A stretch of 61,963 nucleotides of DNA from assembly GCA_051382335.1 (NCBI GenBank), contig JBBCAX010000050.1:1-61963 (forward strand), in the 5' to 3' direction. The position numbers were made by a program, and so were the translations under genes. Of the stretch, positions 1 through 9,714 are shown piece after piece. Numbering within the stretch: position 1 is the stretch's first letter; every line of letters begins with the position of its first letter. The notes beneath the pieces were generated by a model, which ran no database searches, was not told where the DNA came from, and saw only the letters and a list, made by a program, of their open reading frames with translations. Origin of the DNA: Deltaproteobacteria bacterium TL4 (GTDB taxonomy: Bacteria > SAR324 > NAC60-12).

Positions 1-10
1 CTTTTTTCAT
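1..10 (-). CDS. 5' end of a gene running off the left edge of the window
   Basis: Minus-strand ATG AAA AAA at 10 with a GGAGA RBS-like motif (plus-strand tctcc, 19-23); only 3 codons visible. Confidence 0.35.
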
Positions 11-593
11 GGTGGTATCTCCGATTGTGAGTTAGAAAAATACCAAAGATACCACAGTTTTCGTAAATTTATGACTCAATTCTCAAAAAACGAGGGATGA
101 GGCTCGACTATCTGAAAACGGAGGTTAGCACCATATGTTTATTATATGCAACTGAATTCATTTAGGTTAAACCCCGAACACCTATGCAAGGCCTCCATAA
201 CTTGATCGAGTATATCGTCCTTTGCAACTGCTCGCTGAATTGCTGACGATAAACAGAATTATTGACACTCAATTATCAAAATGTTAAAGGATCTAAAACA
301 TCTATTTTCTGTCATGACGAAAATAGGACTGTTTGCAATAATTTATTAAAATTATTTAGCAGGAAAAGACATTTTTTATGATAGTCAGTTCTTTATATAT
401 CCTACTTATTTTATTGATGAAAGTTTAATTTTACATGAAATACATACTTCCTTGTATGAGGGGAGTTGGACGGTTTACAACAAAGCCGTTGTCAAGTAAG
501 TAATGTTTATATTACACTAATCGTCAATGAGAGACAGAGAGGAAATAAATTCCTGATCTAATTTTAATAATTAACAAAAATGAGGAGGACATT

Positions 594-1934
594 ATGAAAA
601 ATTCAATCTTAAAAATCATGATCGTGTCTGTATCCATGATTTTCATGTGGGCTTGTGCGACTCCAGACGAAGCACAACAAGACGAGGGGGTTAACAGTGA
701 CCAGGCGAGTCAAGAAGCTCTGACCACAGAAGAAGTTGCGGAAATTGATCCCGCTCTCGTGAATCCCGCAGTGTTGGGGGAACGCTCAACAGCGAGGAAT
801 ACTGTAAGAACTGAAACCATAGACGGTGCTGTTGATGATATTGTTTTTCTTCACGGTTTTGGACTATATTTCAATAACGGCTCGGCCGTTGGTGAATTGG
901 CACAGACAGCGTACTGGGGATACTGGCATACGAATTTTAATGATGAGGGTGTTGGAGCGCGTAAACACAACGTTTATTGGGATTCCATGCTAAGAATGGA
1001 GCAACTGGCAGCGATTACAGCTCAAGCAATAGTTGATAACTGTCAGAGTAGTAAATGTGTCGTCATCACTCATTCTACAGGTGGGATGGTGATAGATTAT
1101 ATCTTATCCAGGCATCTGACCCATGGTGGTGTGTATGCGCAAGTTTATGACAAAGTGATGGGCGTTATTGAAGTAGCCTCTGCGACGGGTGGTGTGAACT
1201 TGGCAAAAGTTGCGATAACTGACGTTGTATGTGCGGGTGGGACTTTATCCGGAACATTGGAACTGGCCTTTAACTCAATATTTGGGTTTTTGAAAAATTC
1301 GAATCCGAATTGTTCTAATCCAGCTTCTTTTGGAGCAGGATATGACTTGATTCCAAATGTGGCTAGATCCATTACGAATCAAAGCTATATCGACACTCCT
1401 GCCTTGATGATTGCAGGAACAGGGGAGTTAGGAAGTGATCTACTGGGAGCTAGTGTAAAACCTTACCTGATCGGAACAAGTGATGGATTGGTTGCGATGC
1501 ATTCTGGTTGTGGCTTTGCTTCGATTTACAATAATGGTAGTAACACAAACATTAGTGGCTCATTTTCATACCAATCTGGGTTTTGGTGTTCTAATAAGAC
1601 GGGTTCATACAACATAAACTATGCTAATAATAGTAATGTTACGAGTGACTTTTGGGGATGGTGCGGTTCAAATGATGAACTGGACAAGAAAGGAAATGCG
1701 ATAAGTTCGAAAATGTATCAAGACTGTAGCAACCCCGGTACAAAGTTTGAGGATCATTACCCCTTTATCAAAACAGGTGAAGGTCATGGTAGTGAGTTAT
1801 GGCCGGGATTGTTGAATATAAATCCTGCTGAAAGTGAGTGGGCCTATAGTAATCAGTTAGGCAGTTCTGTTGATACAAACTGGTCTAGTTTATATCATCT
1901 AAGTACAATAGTGGCTGATGCCTTCACTTGGTAA
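594..1934 (+). CDS. Lipoprotein alpha/beta-hydrolase (lipase/esterase-like)
   Basis: GAGGAGG RBS; signal peptide ending in lipobox-like MWAC; oxyanion-like FLHG; nucleophile elbow THSTGG; later SDGLV motif; Cys-rich, consistent with export. Confidence 0.75.
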   Translation: MKNSILKIMIVSVSMIFMWACATPDEAQQDEGVNSDQASQEALTTEEVAEIDPALVNPAVLGERSTARNTVRTETIDGAVDDIVFLHGFGLYFNNGSAVGELAQTAYWGYWHTNFNDEGVGARKHNVYWDSMLRMEQLAAITAQAIVDNCQSSKCVVITHSTGGMVIDYILSRHLTHGGVYAQVYDKVMGVIEVASATGGVNLAKVAITDVVCAGGTLSGTLELAFNSIFGFLKNSNPNCSNPASFGAGYDLIPNVARSITNQSYIDTPALMIAGTGELGSDLLGASVKPYLIGTSDGLVAMHSGCGFASIYNNGSNTNISGSFSYQSGFWCSNKTGSYNINYANNSNVTSDFWGWCGSNDELDKKGNAISSKMYQDCSNPGTKFEDHYPFIKTGEGHGSELWPGLLNINPAESEWAYSNQLGSSVDTNWSSLYHLSTIVADAFTW

Positions 1935-1949
1935 GCAATAGAAAATTAA

Positions 1950-1979
1950 TCCCAAAGGTGATTTTCATCGCCTTTGGGA
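1950..1979. terminator. Probable intrinsic terminator between convergent genes
   Basis: Stem TCCCAAAGGTGAT / ATCGCCTTTGGGA with 4-nt loop and A/T-rich flanks. Confidence 0.65.
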
Positions 1980-2004
1980 AAAAGAACTTCCGTCGTTTCT
2001 TGTC

Positions 2005-3201
2005 TTATTTTTTTATTCCCTCCCCAATCCATTTCATAAAGTTATTATATTTCTTTTGCCTCACGGGATCAACATACTCCTCATCCTTATACTCACTGAA
2101 ATCATGTTTCCCAACAACGAAGGATAGTTTCGCGGCGTCACCATAGGCGACCTTGCTTTCGGAAACATTGGAGAGAATAAAGGTGGTAAGAACATAAGGT
2201 CCAGTATCATTTTTTGCTTTCAAGGTAGCAATATGGACTTTAAGCGGGACTGTTCCTTCATTTCCTTCCAGTTCGCTCACTCCAGTCAGATGACTGATAG
2301 GTTTGTTGTCAGCCTGTGAAAAAAGATTAGCTGTTACACTGTAACGACCTGGTTTATTTACTGAAAGATTAATGGGAATAACGAGATCAGCGCCTTCAAC
2401 TTTTTCAGTTTCTATTCCAGTGATAGTACCAACAGACGTCATATATTGAAAACTCGTAAAAGCTGATTGTTCTCCATATCCACTGACATTTAATACAACC
2501 TTTGCGATAATAAGTTCCTCTGGCCAGGATGCGCTTTTTTCTGCTGAAGGAGAGTATGTGGCTAGATACACCTTTTCAACATCACGATCTGATTGAAGTG
2601 TTAAACTAAATTCATCCACTGTTTCTTTATTCACTATTATTGATCCTGATATGGAAATAATTTGAGGAATTGGCTGTCCATCAGTAGAGAATGCACGAAA
2701 TTTCATAGGAATCGGATCAGGTTTATAAAGAATAAACCTGCTGAGTTGTAAGTCATATGAGATATTACTATCTGGGATGTCATATGTCGCAGGAAAATGT
2801 GTATTTGGTTCTAATAAATCAGTCTGTTTTTCTGAAAGAAGCCTTGAATAGGTAGGATATTTAAGTTTTTCTTTATATGTCTCAGCAATTTCTTTCAAGC
2901 GAGGACGTAATTCCTCACGAATAAGCTCTTTTCTTTTAGCACGTTCGTCCTTTTCCTCCTTTTGAGCTTCTTGGACTGGATCATTTTTCTTTGAATCTTT
3001 GATTTTTTCCTGTGGTGGAATAGAAGTGGAATTTTCGGGAAGAACCATTTCTGGGGCAGATTCAATTTCTTGTTTTGGTGCGGCCGCAACACGAATACTG
3101 ATTTCTTCCTGCAATTCATGTTTGGTCAGTCCATCTATTAAAAAATACAGACCAATCAGTAAGACGATAAGCCCTCCGAGTCCCATATATAATTTTTGCA
3201 T
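2005..3201 (-). CDS. Membrane-anchored exported hypothetical protein
   Basis: AGGAGA RBS; N-terminal TM helix, charged linker, YPTYSRLL...LLEPN segment, beta-rich C-terminal part. Confidence 0.75.
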   Translation of the reverse strand: MQKLYMGLGGLIVLLIGLYFLIDGLTKHELQEEISIRVAAAPKQEIESAPEMVLPENSTSIPPQEKIKDSKKNDPVQEAQKEEKDERAKRKELIREELRPRLKEIAETYKEKLKYPTYSRLLSEKQTDLLEPNTHFPATYDIPDSNISYDLQLSRFILYKPDPIPMKFRAFSTDGQPIPQIISISGSIIVNKETVDEFSLTLQSDRDVEKVYLATYSPSAEKSASWPEELIIAKVVLNVSGYGEQSAFTSFQYMTSVGTITGIETEKVEGADLVIPINLSVNKPGRYSVTANLFSQADNKPISHLTGVSELEGNEGTVPLKVHIATLKAKNDTGPYVLTTFILSNVSESKVAYGDAAKLSFVVGKHDFSEYKDEEYVDPVRQKKYNNFMKWIGEGIKK

Positions 3202-3331
3202 CTTTTCTCCTCATTTTGTTTTGTTTGACGGGTTTCCATTAGGCTAACCAACCCATCTAGTTCATTCTTATTTGACAAAAATAAATTTACAGATTACTTG
3301 GAAAATGACAGTTAGCTCGAACTTATTGACT

Positions 3332-3439
3332 TTAGTAGCCCACAGACGAACGTAAATGAACGCAGATAAAAATCAGGGTTTCTGTTTAAAGCTAGACAAG
3401 TTAAACCTTAGTATAAAATCTGCGTCAATCTGCTGCTAA
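3332..3439. repeat. Degenerate palindromic intergenic element
   Basis: Left arm cacagacgaacgtaaatgaacgcagat and right arm atctgcgtcaatctgctgctaa are imperfect inverted repeats (acgcagat/atctgcgt; ttagtagc/gctgctaa). Confidence 0.5.
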
Positions 3440-3457
3440 TAAAAAATTGAATAGGAG

Positions 3458-4918
3458 TCAGGATTCTTCCTGGTTTTTAAGAGCATGCTGGATCAAGTGA
3501 TCACCAATTTCGTGTTGTGCTTCAAGCAATTCTTGTATACGAGCCTCTGCTTTTTTGCGTAGCTCAACTTCTTTGCCAAGCGCCACATTTTTAATGCGTA
3601 ACTCTTCAGTTCGTTCCTGTACCTTTTGTTCCAAGGTTCGATTGTGTTCTTCAATCAATTTCACCATTTGAATATTTTTTGTGGTCACCACCGTCATTCT
3701 GGCAAGGGTTTGAGCAAATTCTTCATCATCCGCTTCAAAAGTTACCTTGCTGGTATCCCCTGAAAAGTTCATAACTCCAAAAAGTTTTGTTTTATCCAGC
3801 ATGGGAACACAAAGGAGTGCTCTTGGGGTTGCTTTCAATTTTGCATCTTGAACAAAAACATTATCTTTGGTGGTATCTGCAACAAAGATAGCTCGTTTTT
3901 CCTGGGCTGATTTTCCTGCGATGCCTTCACCCATGTTAAAAATTTCCCTAGCTGATTTTGCTTCCGCAACTTCAGGATAGCAATTATTAAACTGGAGTAT
4001 GTTTTTTCCTTCATCAAGGAGATAGATGGATCCCCACTCTACCTGGGTTTGTTCTTCAAGGATCTCCAATGAGAGTCTTAAGGCTTCGTTGTGGTCACGG
4101 AGATTCGCCAGTTTTTCGCTGGTTGTATTTAACGCTCGAAGATCATGGATCTTTTTACGAATTGCCAATCGCATTTTTTCAAAAGATTTCACCATCCGAC
4201 CAACTTCATCTTCTCCTCGTGAAGCAAGAGCCTCATCGTAAGATCCTTCTGCGACACGAGTCATTCCTTCACTGACTTGACGTAAGGGTAAGGTTACTAA
4301 CTGCCGTAACACAAAGGACAGGGCCACAAAGATAACACCAAAAACAAGCAAAGTACTAATGCTTAAGTTACGGATCGCCATTTGGCGTTCCTGGATTAAA
4401 TACTGAGTTGAATAGCTGACATTCGCTACACCTGTGAGTTCGTGATCCATTTCTTTGAGAAAAGGTGTTTTTATCAAATGTTCGATATAGCTTTGTGAAA
4501 GTGTGGTGAGTTTAAAGATGGGAATTTCTTTTGAAATACTATCCTCATAGTGGCGTGTTTCCTGTTTTTGTGTAAATTGTGGATTGCCCTGTTCATCACG
4601 AAGGATGCTGAAAAAATAACGTTTTTTATTTTCTTTGAAGATATAAACGGATACCTCAAGCATATTGGCATCGGCAAACATTGCTTGGACGGCAGACTGA
4701 ACAGCGGGCTCATTATCAGCACTCTCCCATTGCATTGGATAAGCAAGCGCTAATGAAAATAATCGCCCCATTTCATTAACTCGTTTATCAAAATTCATAT
4801 TTGCGGTTTGGGTAATACGGGAAACTTCCAACGCAATTGAAAAAATAGAAACCATTATCAAACAGATCGCCAGAATGGCCATTACTTTTAGCTGCATACT
4901 TTTTTTAAATTTTTCCAT
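3458..4918 (-). CDS. Membrane sensor: 2 TM + periplasmic domain + HAMP + GAF + coiled coil, no output domain
   Basis: Start at ATG 4918 with AGGAGA RBS; HAMP (PLRQV...DEVGRMVKSF); GAF (GEGIAG...LLCVPM...FEADDEEF); LEQKVQERTEEL signalling helix. Confidence 0.8.
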   Translation of the reverse strand: MEKFKKSMQLKVMAILAICLIMVSIFSIALEVSRITQTANMNFDKRVNEMGRLFSLALAYPMQWESADNEPAVQSAVQAMFADANMLEVSVYIFKENKKRYFFSILRDEQGNPQFTQKQETRHYEDSISKEIPIFKLTTLSQSYIEHLIKTPFLKEMDHELTGVANVSYSTQYLIQERQMAIRNLSISTLLVFGVIFVALSFVLRQLVTLPLRQVSEGMTRVAEGSYDEALASRGEDEVGRMVKSFEKMRLAIRKKIHDLRALNTTSEKLANLRDHNEALRLSLEILEEQTQVEWGSIYLLDEGKNILQFNNCYPEVAEAKSAREIFNMGEGIAGKSAQEKRAIFVADTTKDNVFVQDAKLKATPRALLCVPMLDKTKLFGVMNFSGDTSKVTFEADDEEFAQTLARMTVVTTKNIQMVKLIEEHNRTLEQKVQERTEELRIKNVALGKEVELRKKAEARIQELLEAQHEIGDHLIQHALKNQEES

Positions 4919-5107
4919 GAATTTTCTCCTTTTTAATTCAATTTGGACTTCGAACAAATTTATAAAATGATTTAAGACGTCCTTGCATAACCCCAAACTA
5001 AAAAAGCTATGAGACAGTCCTCAACACATCTCATACAAGCATAGATCAGGAACTAGTATGGATACACAAGAATGCACTGCAATTTTCAAGCGATTTTTTG
5101 AAATAGA

Positions 5108-6718
5108 TTATATTAAATCTAACTCCGCTAGAGCTTGATCTTGGTATGCATGGTAAAGTTGATGGCAAAATTGATCCCACTGCTGACAGATATCCATGGT
5201 TTGCTCATCCATTTTTGTTAATCCTGGATGAGAAATCAAAGCAGTCATTTTTTGAGATAATTCGTTAATGAGCTTGAGATCCGCATGAGGGAAAGTGTCT
5301 CTAATAAATTCAGCAGGCGTGTACCATACGGAGGCTTTCTGGAAATCTCGATGAATTTGAGAAAGCAACACATTTCTGGGGCCCTCCCACAGTTCATTGA
5401 TTGCGGCATCTCGATAGAGTCGAGGTAAGGATGAGAAGTCTTCCATCACACCGTGTCCACCAAAAATAGACATAGCGGTACGTAGGACATCAGTGGCGTC
5501 CCAAGAGGTTGTGATTTTCTGAAACAAAATCAGTTCCCGTATACAAAAACGTTTCTTCTTTGAAACAAGGAGTTCTTCCTCTTTCTGCTGATGATGGCCT
5601 TCCTGTCCACGTTCCATGTCTAAAAACTCATGGTACAACTTGAATGCACCTGCAGTTGACCTTTGGGAGGCCTGTTTGATGGTCCGCAGTTGATTCGCAA
5701 GCAGCGGGAACAAGTTAAGCGTTTGACCAAAAGCGCTTCTAAACTGGCTATAAGCCTCAGCTTCACGAACAGCTCGAACCATACTTGCCGCTGAAGAAAG
5801 CCCCACGGTTAATCTTGAATAAGTCAGCACTATCCCTACCACGTTCGAAATTCCCCTGTTTAGAGGCCCCATCGGATAGGCAATGGCGCCATCATAGGTT
5901 AATTCTGCCGTCGTTAGCTCACTGGTCCCCAGTTTCCATTTGATTCTGTCAATAGTGTAACCGTTTCTCTTTTCTTTTGCCTTATCGCCTGGTAACCAGG
6001 AAGGGACAATGAATAAAGCAACATCTTCTGAGTCAGAAGGTTTCGCTGTCACCACCGCGTAATTCGCATGGGTCGCGGAGCAGAAGAATTTTTTACCGTA
6101 AAGCTGCCAATGATCTCCCTTATGAATCGCTTTCAGCAAGTTCGCTTGTACATCGGATCCTCCCTGAATCTCAGAGAGGTATTGAGCGCCTATACCGTAA
6201 TCGAGATCCAACCCTTCCTTACAATGTTGTAAGATTCTCAGCGTTTCAGGGGTTTCCGCAAATTTTTCCAGCAAGGTGACTAACCCCTCCGTACAGGTCA
6301 AAGGACAAGAAATACAGGCTTCTCCATTTTGATAGATTAAATACATTTTGATCAAACGTTCCCATTTAGAGGTTTTTTTGGAAAATAATTTTTCGGAAAA
6401 AACCTCTTTTTCCATGATTTCCGTTTCAGCAGGACGCACAATGCGATCAATCCGATGATGATGACCATCATAATGCAAGATAAACGGACGTTTTTCGGGT
6501 CTAGCGATTTCGTCAGCAATATCACGCCAGCGAAAGGACACTTTGGAGGAAATCTTCCGGGCCTCTTCGTCCAGGCGTTTCCACTCATCGCCAACATGAT
6601 ATTGAATTACTTTTTGTAGAAACAGGTCCTCTTGATAATAATCTACATTTTTCCGCCAATTAAGAAATTCATCAAAAGCATAGGGATTGTTTTCATTTGG
6701 GAAAGACATATTGAACAC
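5108..6718 (-). CDS. Acyl-CoA dehydrogenase, AidB-like
   Basis: CPLTCT, QYLSEIQGGSDV, GKKFFCS, KWKLGT, GGHGVMED, LYRDAAINELWEGPRNV motifs; true start may be ATG 6709. Confidence 0.85.
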   Translation of the reverse strand: MFNMSFPNENNPYAFDEFLNWRKNVDYYQEDLFLQKVIQYHVGDEWKRLDEEARKISSKVSFRWRDIADEIARPEKRPFILHYDGHHHRIDRIVRPAETEIMEKEVFSEKLFSKKTSKWERLIKMYLIYQNGEACISCPLTCTEGLVTLLEKFAETPETLRILQHCKEGLDLDYGIGAQYLSEIQGGSDVQANLLKAIHKGDHWQLYGKKFFCSATHANYAVVTAKPSDSEDVALFIVPSWLPGDKAKEKRNGYTIDRIKWKLGTSELTTAELTYDGAIAYPMGPLNRGISNVVGIVLTYSRLTVGLSSAASMVRAVREAEAYSQFRSAFGQTLNLFPLLANQLRTIKQASQRSTAGAFKLYHEFLDMERGQEGHHQQKEEELLVSKKKRFCIRELILFQKITTSWDATDVLRTAMSIFGGHGVMEDFSSLPRLYRDAAINELWEGPRNVLLSQIHRDFQKASVWYTPAEFIRDTFPHADLKLINELSQKMTALISHPGLTKMDEQTMDICQQWDQFCHQLYHAYQDQALAELDLI

Positions 6719-6745
6719 CGTAACAAGTTGTTATAAAACGAATAG

Positions 6746-6912
6746 TAACGACTCATTCCGTTTTGAGTCCGCGAAATGCACAAAAAAGCACGAAAAAATA
6801 TTTTTAGCGATGTTTGGGATCAAGTATATCACTCAAGATTCTCCTTTTTTAAAAATACTTTTTGTGTTTTTTAGCGTTTTTAGCGGACTTTCATTTTTAG
6901 GCTGAGTTGTTA
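6746..6912. mobile_element. MITE-like palindromic element flanked by direct repeats
   Basis: Terminal IR taacgactca / tgagttgtta; internal IR agtccgc...gcggact; direct repeat agttgttataaaacgaata at 6726-6744 and 6905-6923. Confidence 0.55.
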
Positions 6913-6929
6913 TAAAACGAATAATGCAG

Positions 6930-8177
6930 TTACTCGAAAACCTTTTCTTCCGCGGCATCCGCATTAACGGCATCGTCTTCTACATTACGAACATTTTCCT
7001 TGGAAATCGTGGTTTGGTACTCTTTATACCATTCGGACTGGATGATATATTGCATGATTTCGTTGGTTCCCACCCAGATCATGGAAAGGCGGATATCACG
7101 TAAGATTCGCTCCAGGGGGTAGACATTCGTGTAACCAATACCGCCAACAACCTGCATACAGTCGTTGATGACCGCCCACGCAGATTCACTACAAAATTGT
7201 TTGGATTGTGAAACCATCCGCCTGATTCTGCCCGCAGAGACTTTTCCAGAGTCAATAGCCAGGCAAGTGCTATACACCAGGGAACGAGCAGCATCAAGCT
7301 TGCTCACACAATCCGCGACTTTAAAGCCAACGGCTTGAAAATTCATGATGGGTTGACCAAAAGCTTTTCTCCGACTCGAATAACGAGTGGCAATTTCCAA
7401 AGCTGGTCGGACAGAACCGATGGTCATTGCAGCGGTTCCCAAGCGTTCAGGAATCATCATGCGCATAAAAACATCCACGCCGCGATGCATCCCATTCAAG
7501 GCATAACGCTCCGGGACACGCACATCCTTCAGGCTCAGTCGTCCTGCGCCGCCTCCCCGAACGCCCATCAATCCATAGATATATTTGCTTTCAACGCCTT
7601 TAGTTCGGGGGACCATAAAGGCGGTTAGTCGTTTGTGAGCAGGCGCATCGGGATTGGTTACAGCGTAGATCAAGAACCAATCGGCGCCTTCGGCACCAAC
7701 AATAAAACGTTTTTGGCCATTAATAATCCAATCGGCTCCATCCTTGACGGCATGAGTGGTGGCCCCGAAAAAATCGGAACCGCCACGTGGTTCGGTAAGC
7801 CCTTCGGCGGCGTAAAGTTCGCCTTTCAGAAGGGGAATCACAATCTCCTGTTTCAACTCTTCTGAGCCAAATTCAACAATCGCATCACAAACGATATCAG
7901 CACCGACGCCCCAGAGACACGCCAAAGAGTAGCTTGCAACTCCAATTTCTTCCGCAACGATTCCGTTTTCAACCCAGTTTAATTCTCGGCCACCATAAAC
8001 TTTTGGCAAGCGAACCCCCAGCAAGTTACGCCGCCCCGCTTCCTTGAGATACTCGTGCGGAAATTGAATTTTTTCTGCATCCATATCCTGAATCAGTTCT
8101 TTAGGCACCCATTTTGAAAAATCTCTGGCCTCATCTCGTAACCTTTTTTGAGCATCAGTCATTATATAGTCAAACAT
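6930..8177 (-). CDS. Acyl-CoA dehydrogenase
   Basis: Start at ATG 8177 with AGGAGA RBS; LTEPRGGSD, INGQKRFI, RKAFGQPI, QVVGGIGY, ERILRD motifs. Confidence 0.9.
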   Translation of the reverse strand: MFDYIMTDAQKRLRDEARDFSKWVPKELIQDMDAEKIQFPHEYLKEAGRRNLLGVRLPKVYGGRELNWVENGIVAEEIGVASYSLACLWGVGADIVCDAIVEFGSEELKQEIVIPLLKGELYAAEGLTEPRGGSDFFGATTHAVKDGADWIINGQKRFIVGAEGADWFLIYAVTNPDAPAHKRLTAFMVPRTKGVESKYIYGLMGVRGGGAGRLSLKDVRVPERYALNGMHRGVDVFMRMMIPERLGTAAMTIGSVRPALEIATRYSSRRKAFGQPIMNFQAVGFKVADCVSKLDAARSLVYSTCLAIDSGKVSAGRIRRMVSQSKQFCSESAWAVINDCMQVVGGIGYTNVYPLERILRDIRLSMIWVGTNEIMQYIIQSEWYKEYQTTISKENVRNVEDDAVNADAAEEKVFE

Positions 8178-8444
8178 ATCCGTTCTCCTCATCGTATAAG
8201 TTAATAGCGATCGACTGTTCCGAATTTTTATTGCTAAAAAGACGATATAGCACAATTGAGGAATAAAACCATTTTTTTATTGAATGAGTGTTTGGAGGTA
8301 GGCACTTCAATGTAAAAGTTAGGTCCTTAATCATGAAAAATTGAAGAAGTCTTGAGAATGTCGATTGAATGGGGTAGTCAACGCTCAGATACGATGAATA
8401 GCCCTGCCTGTTTTCAGAAATTAACTTTTAGTTTAGAAGACACC

Positions 8445-9665
8445 ATGATTGCTCAAAAAAGAAAAGCTATAGCCGTAATCGCCGAAAAAAGAAAAACTAT
8501 TAGAACTACCAAGGCTTTGATATCCGTGACATTTTTTGATAGAATTGGTCAAATCGTCAAAGAACGCAAACTCATGTCAAAAGAGATTCAAACGGGATTG
8601 ATTGCTTCCACAAAGGCCATATTTACCCGTAGAAAGGATGACCAGAAGGCGGTATTTGGGGAGTTGGTAGGAAACGACACTGCCTTGGGAAAAAGTAGAA
8701 TTGCCGTCTTAAAAAAAGACCCGTTGAATGTTGCAGCACGTTTGGATTTGATAGAGCACTATGTCAAGCAAGACACTGTCTGTACCTTGGAGGTCTTGAG
8801 AGAAGTGTATATCAATGCGCTGTTTGCGGCAAGCCAAGAACTTTTATCTTCACGTGCTGTCAATTATGCCCTGCTTGCGCAAAAAAACTATTTAACCAAA
8901 TTGAAAGTGGAAACCACTCAAGAAGGACGGAAAATCAAGGAGCATTTGGACGCGATGCAAGGGACGCGGAGTCCTGAAGAACGAGGTTTGGAGCAGCAAT
9001 TGACGAGGCAATACAAAGAACGTGTTGAAATCGTCAATTTTCTCAATGAATGTTTACGAATTCTGCCCCCCCGAAAATGTGCTAAAGAAGTTCAAATCAA
9101 TTATTCAGAGTTTTTAACCTCTGATGAAAAAAAACTGGTGGGAGGACAGACCAATACGAGGCAAGGCCCAATTCAAAATATGAACAGCCTTTTGAGAACG
9201 GCAATCTACTTACCTCCTATTAGCTCAAGGTACCTCGAAATTTCTGATGGGATGCAGAAAAAATATAAGGATCTTCCCATAGGGGCTTTGTACAAATCAA
9301 AGATCTATAAGCTCCATGCGGTAATTGCCCAAGCAGGGTTTCAAAAGGAAAAACGCCTCCCGTCAGGGGATATCAACCCCCAACAGCTTCAGCAACGTCA
9401 AAAAGAATACATAAACAAAGCGATGAAGGTGATGACGAACGCGATTGGACTGATTCCCGATTTGCCTAAAGAACAATTGGAAATCACCTGTATTGAAGAA
9501 TATGGAGTTTTGATTTTAGAATTCAACCGGATGTTTCCCACGGTCAACATCGTTGAGCATTTGAAAAAAGCGGTGGTATTGCTCAGTAAAATAATCAATA
9601 GTGAAAACAAAGAACAAGTGGAGGAGTTGCAGGAGCGCATCAATCGTATTCTCGAAGGGAGTTAA
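8445..9665 (+). CDS. Hypothetical alpha-helical protein
   Basis: Long open frame with helical, TPR-like character; start uncertain (8352, 8394 or 8445). Confidence 0.7.
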   Translation: MIAQKRKAIAVIAEKRKTIRTTKALISVTFFDRIGQIVKERKLMSKEIQTGLIASTKAIFTRRKDDQKAVFGELVGNDTALGKSRIAVLKKDPLNVAARLDLIEHYVKQDTVCTLEVLREVYINALFAASQELLSSRAVNYALLAQKNYLTKLKVETTQEGRKIKEHLDAMQGTRSPEERGLEQQLTRQYKERVEIVNFLNECLRILPPRKCAKEVQINYSEFLTSDEKKLVGGQTNTRQGPIQNMNSLLRTAIYLPPISSRYLEISDGMQKKYKDLPIGALYKSKIYKLHAVIAQAGFQKEKRLPSGDINPQQLQQRQKEYINKAMKVMTNAIGLIPDLPKEQLEITCIEEYGVLILEFNRMFPTVNIVEHLKKAVVLLSKIINSENKEQVEELQERINRILEGS

Positions 9666-9714
9666 ACAGATTGCCGCGTTAAAACATTTATCAAGGAAAA
9701 TGTAAGGAAAAATC

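Noticed and set aside
11..593. Riboswitch or sRNA in the long AT-rich intergenic region
   Set aside because: Only short weak stems and no recognisable aptamer; consistent with divergent promoters
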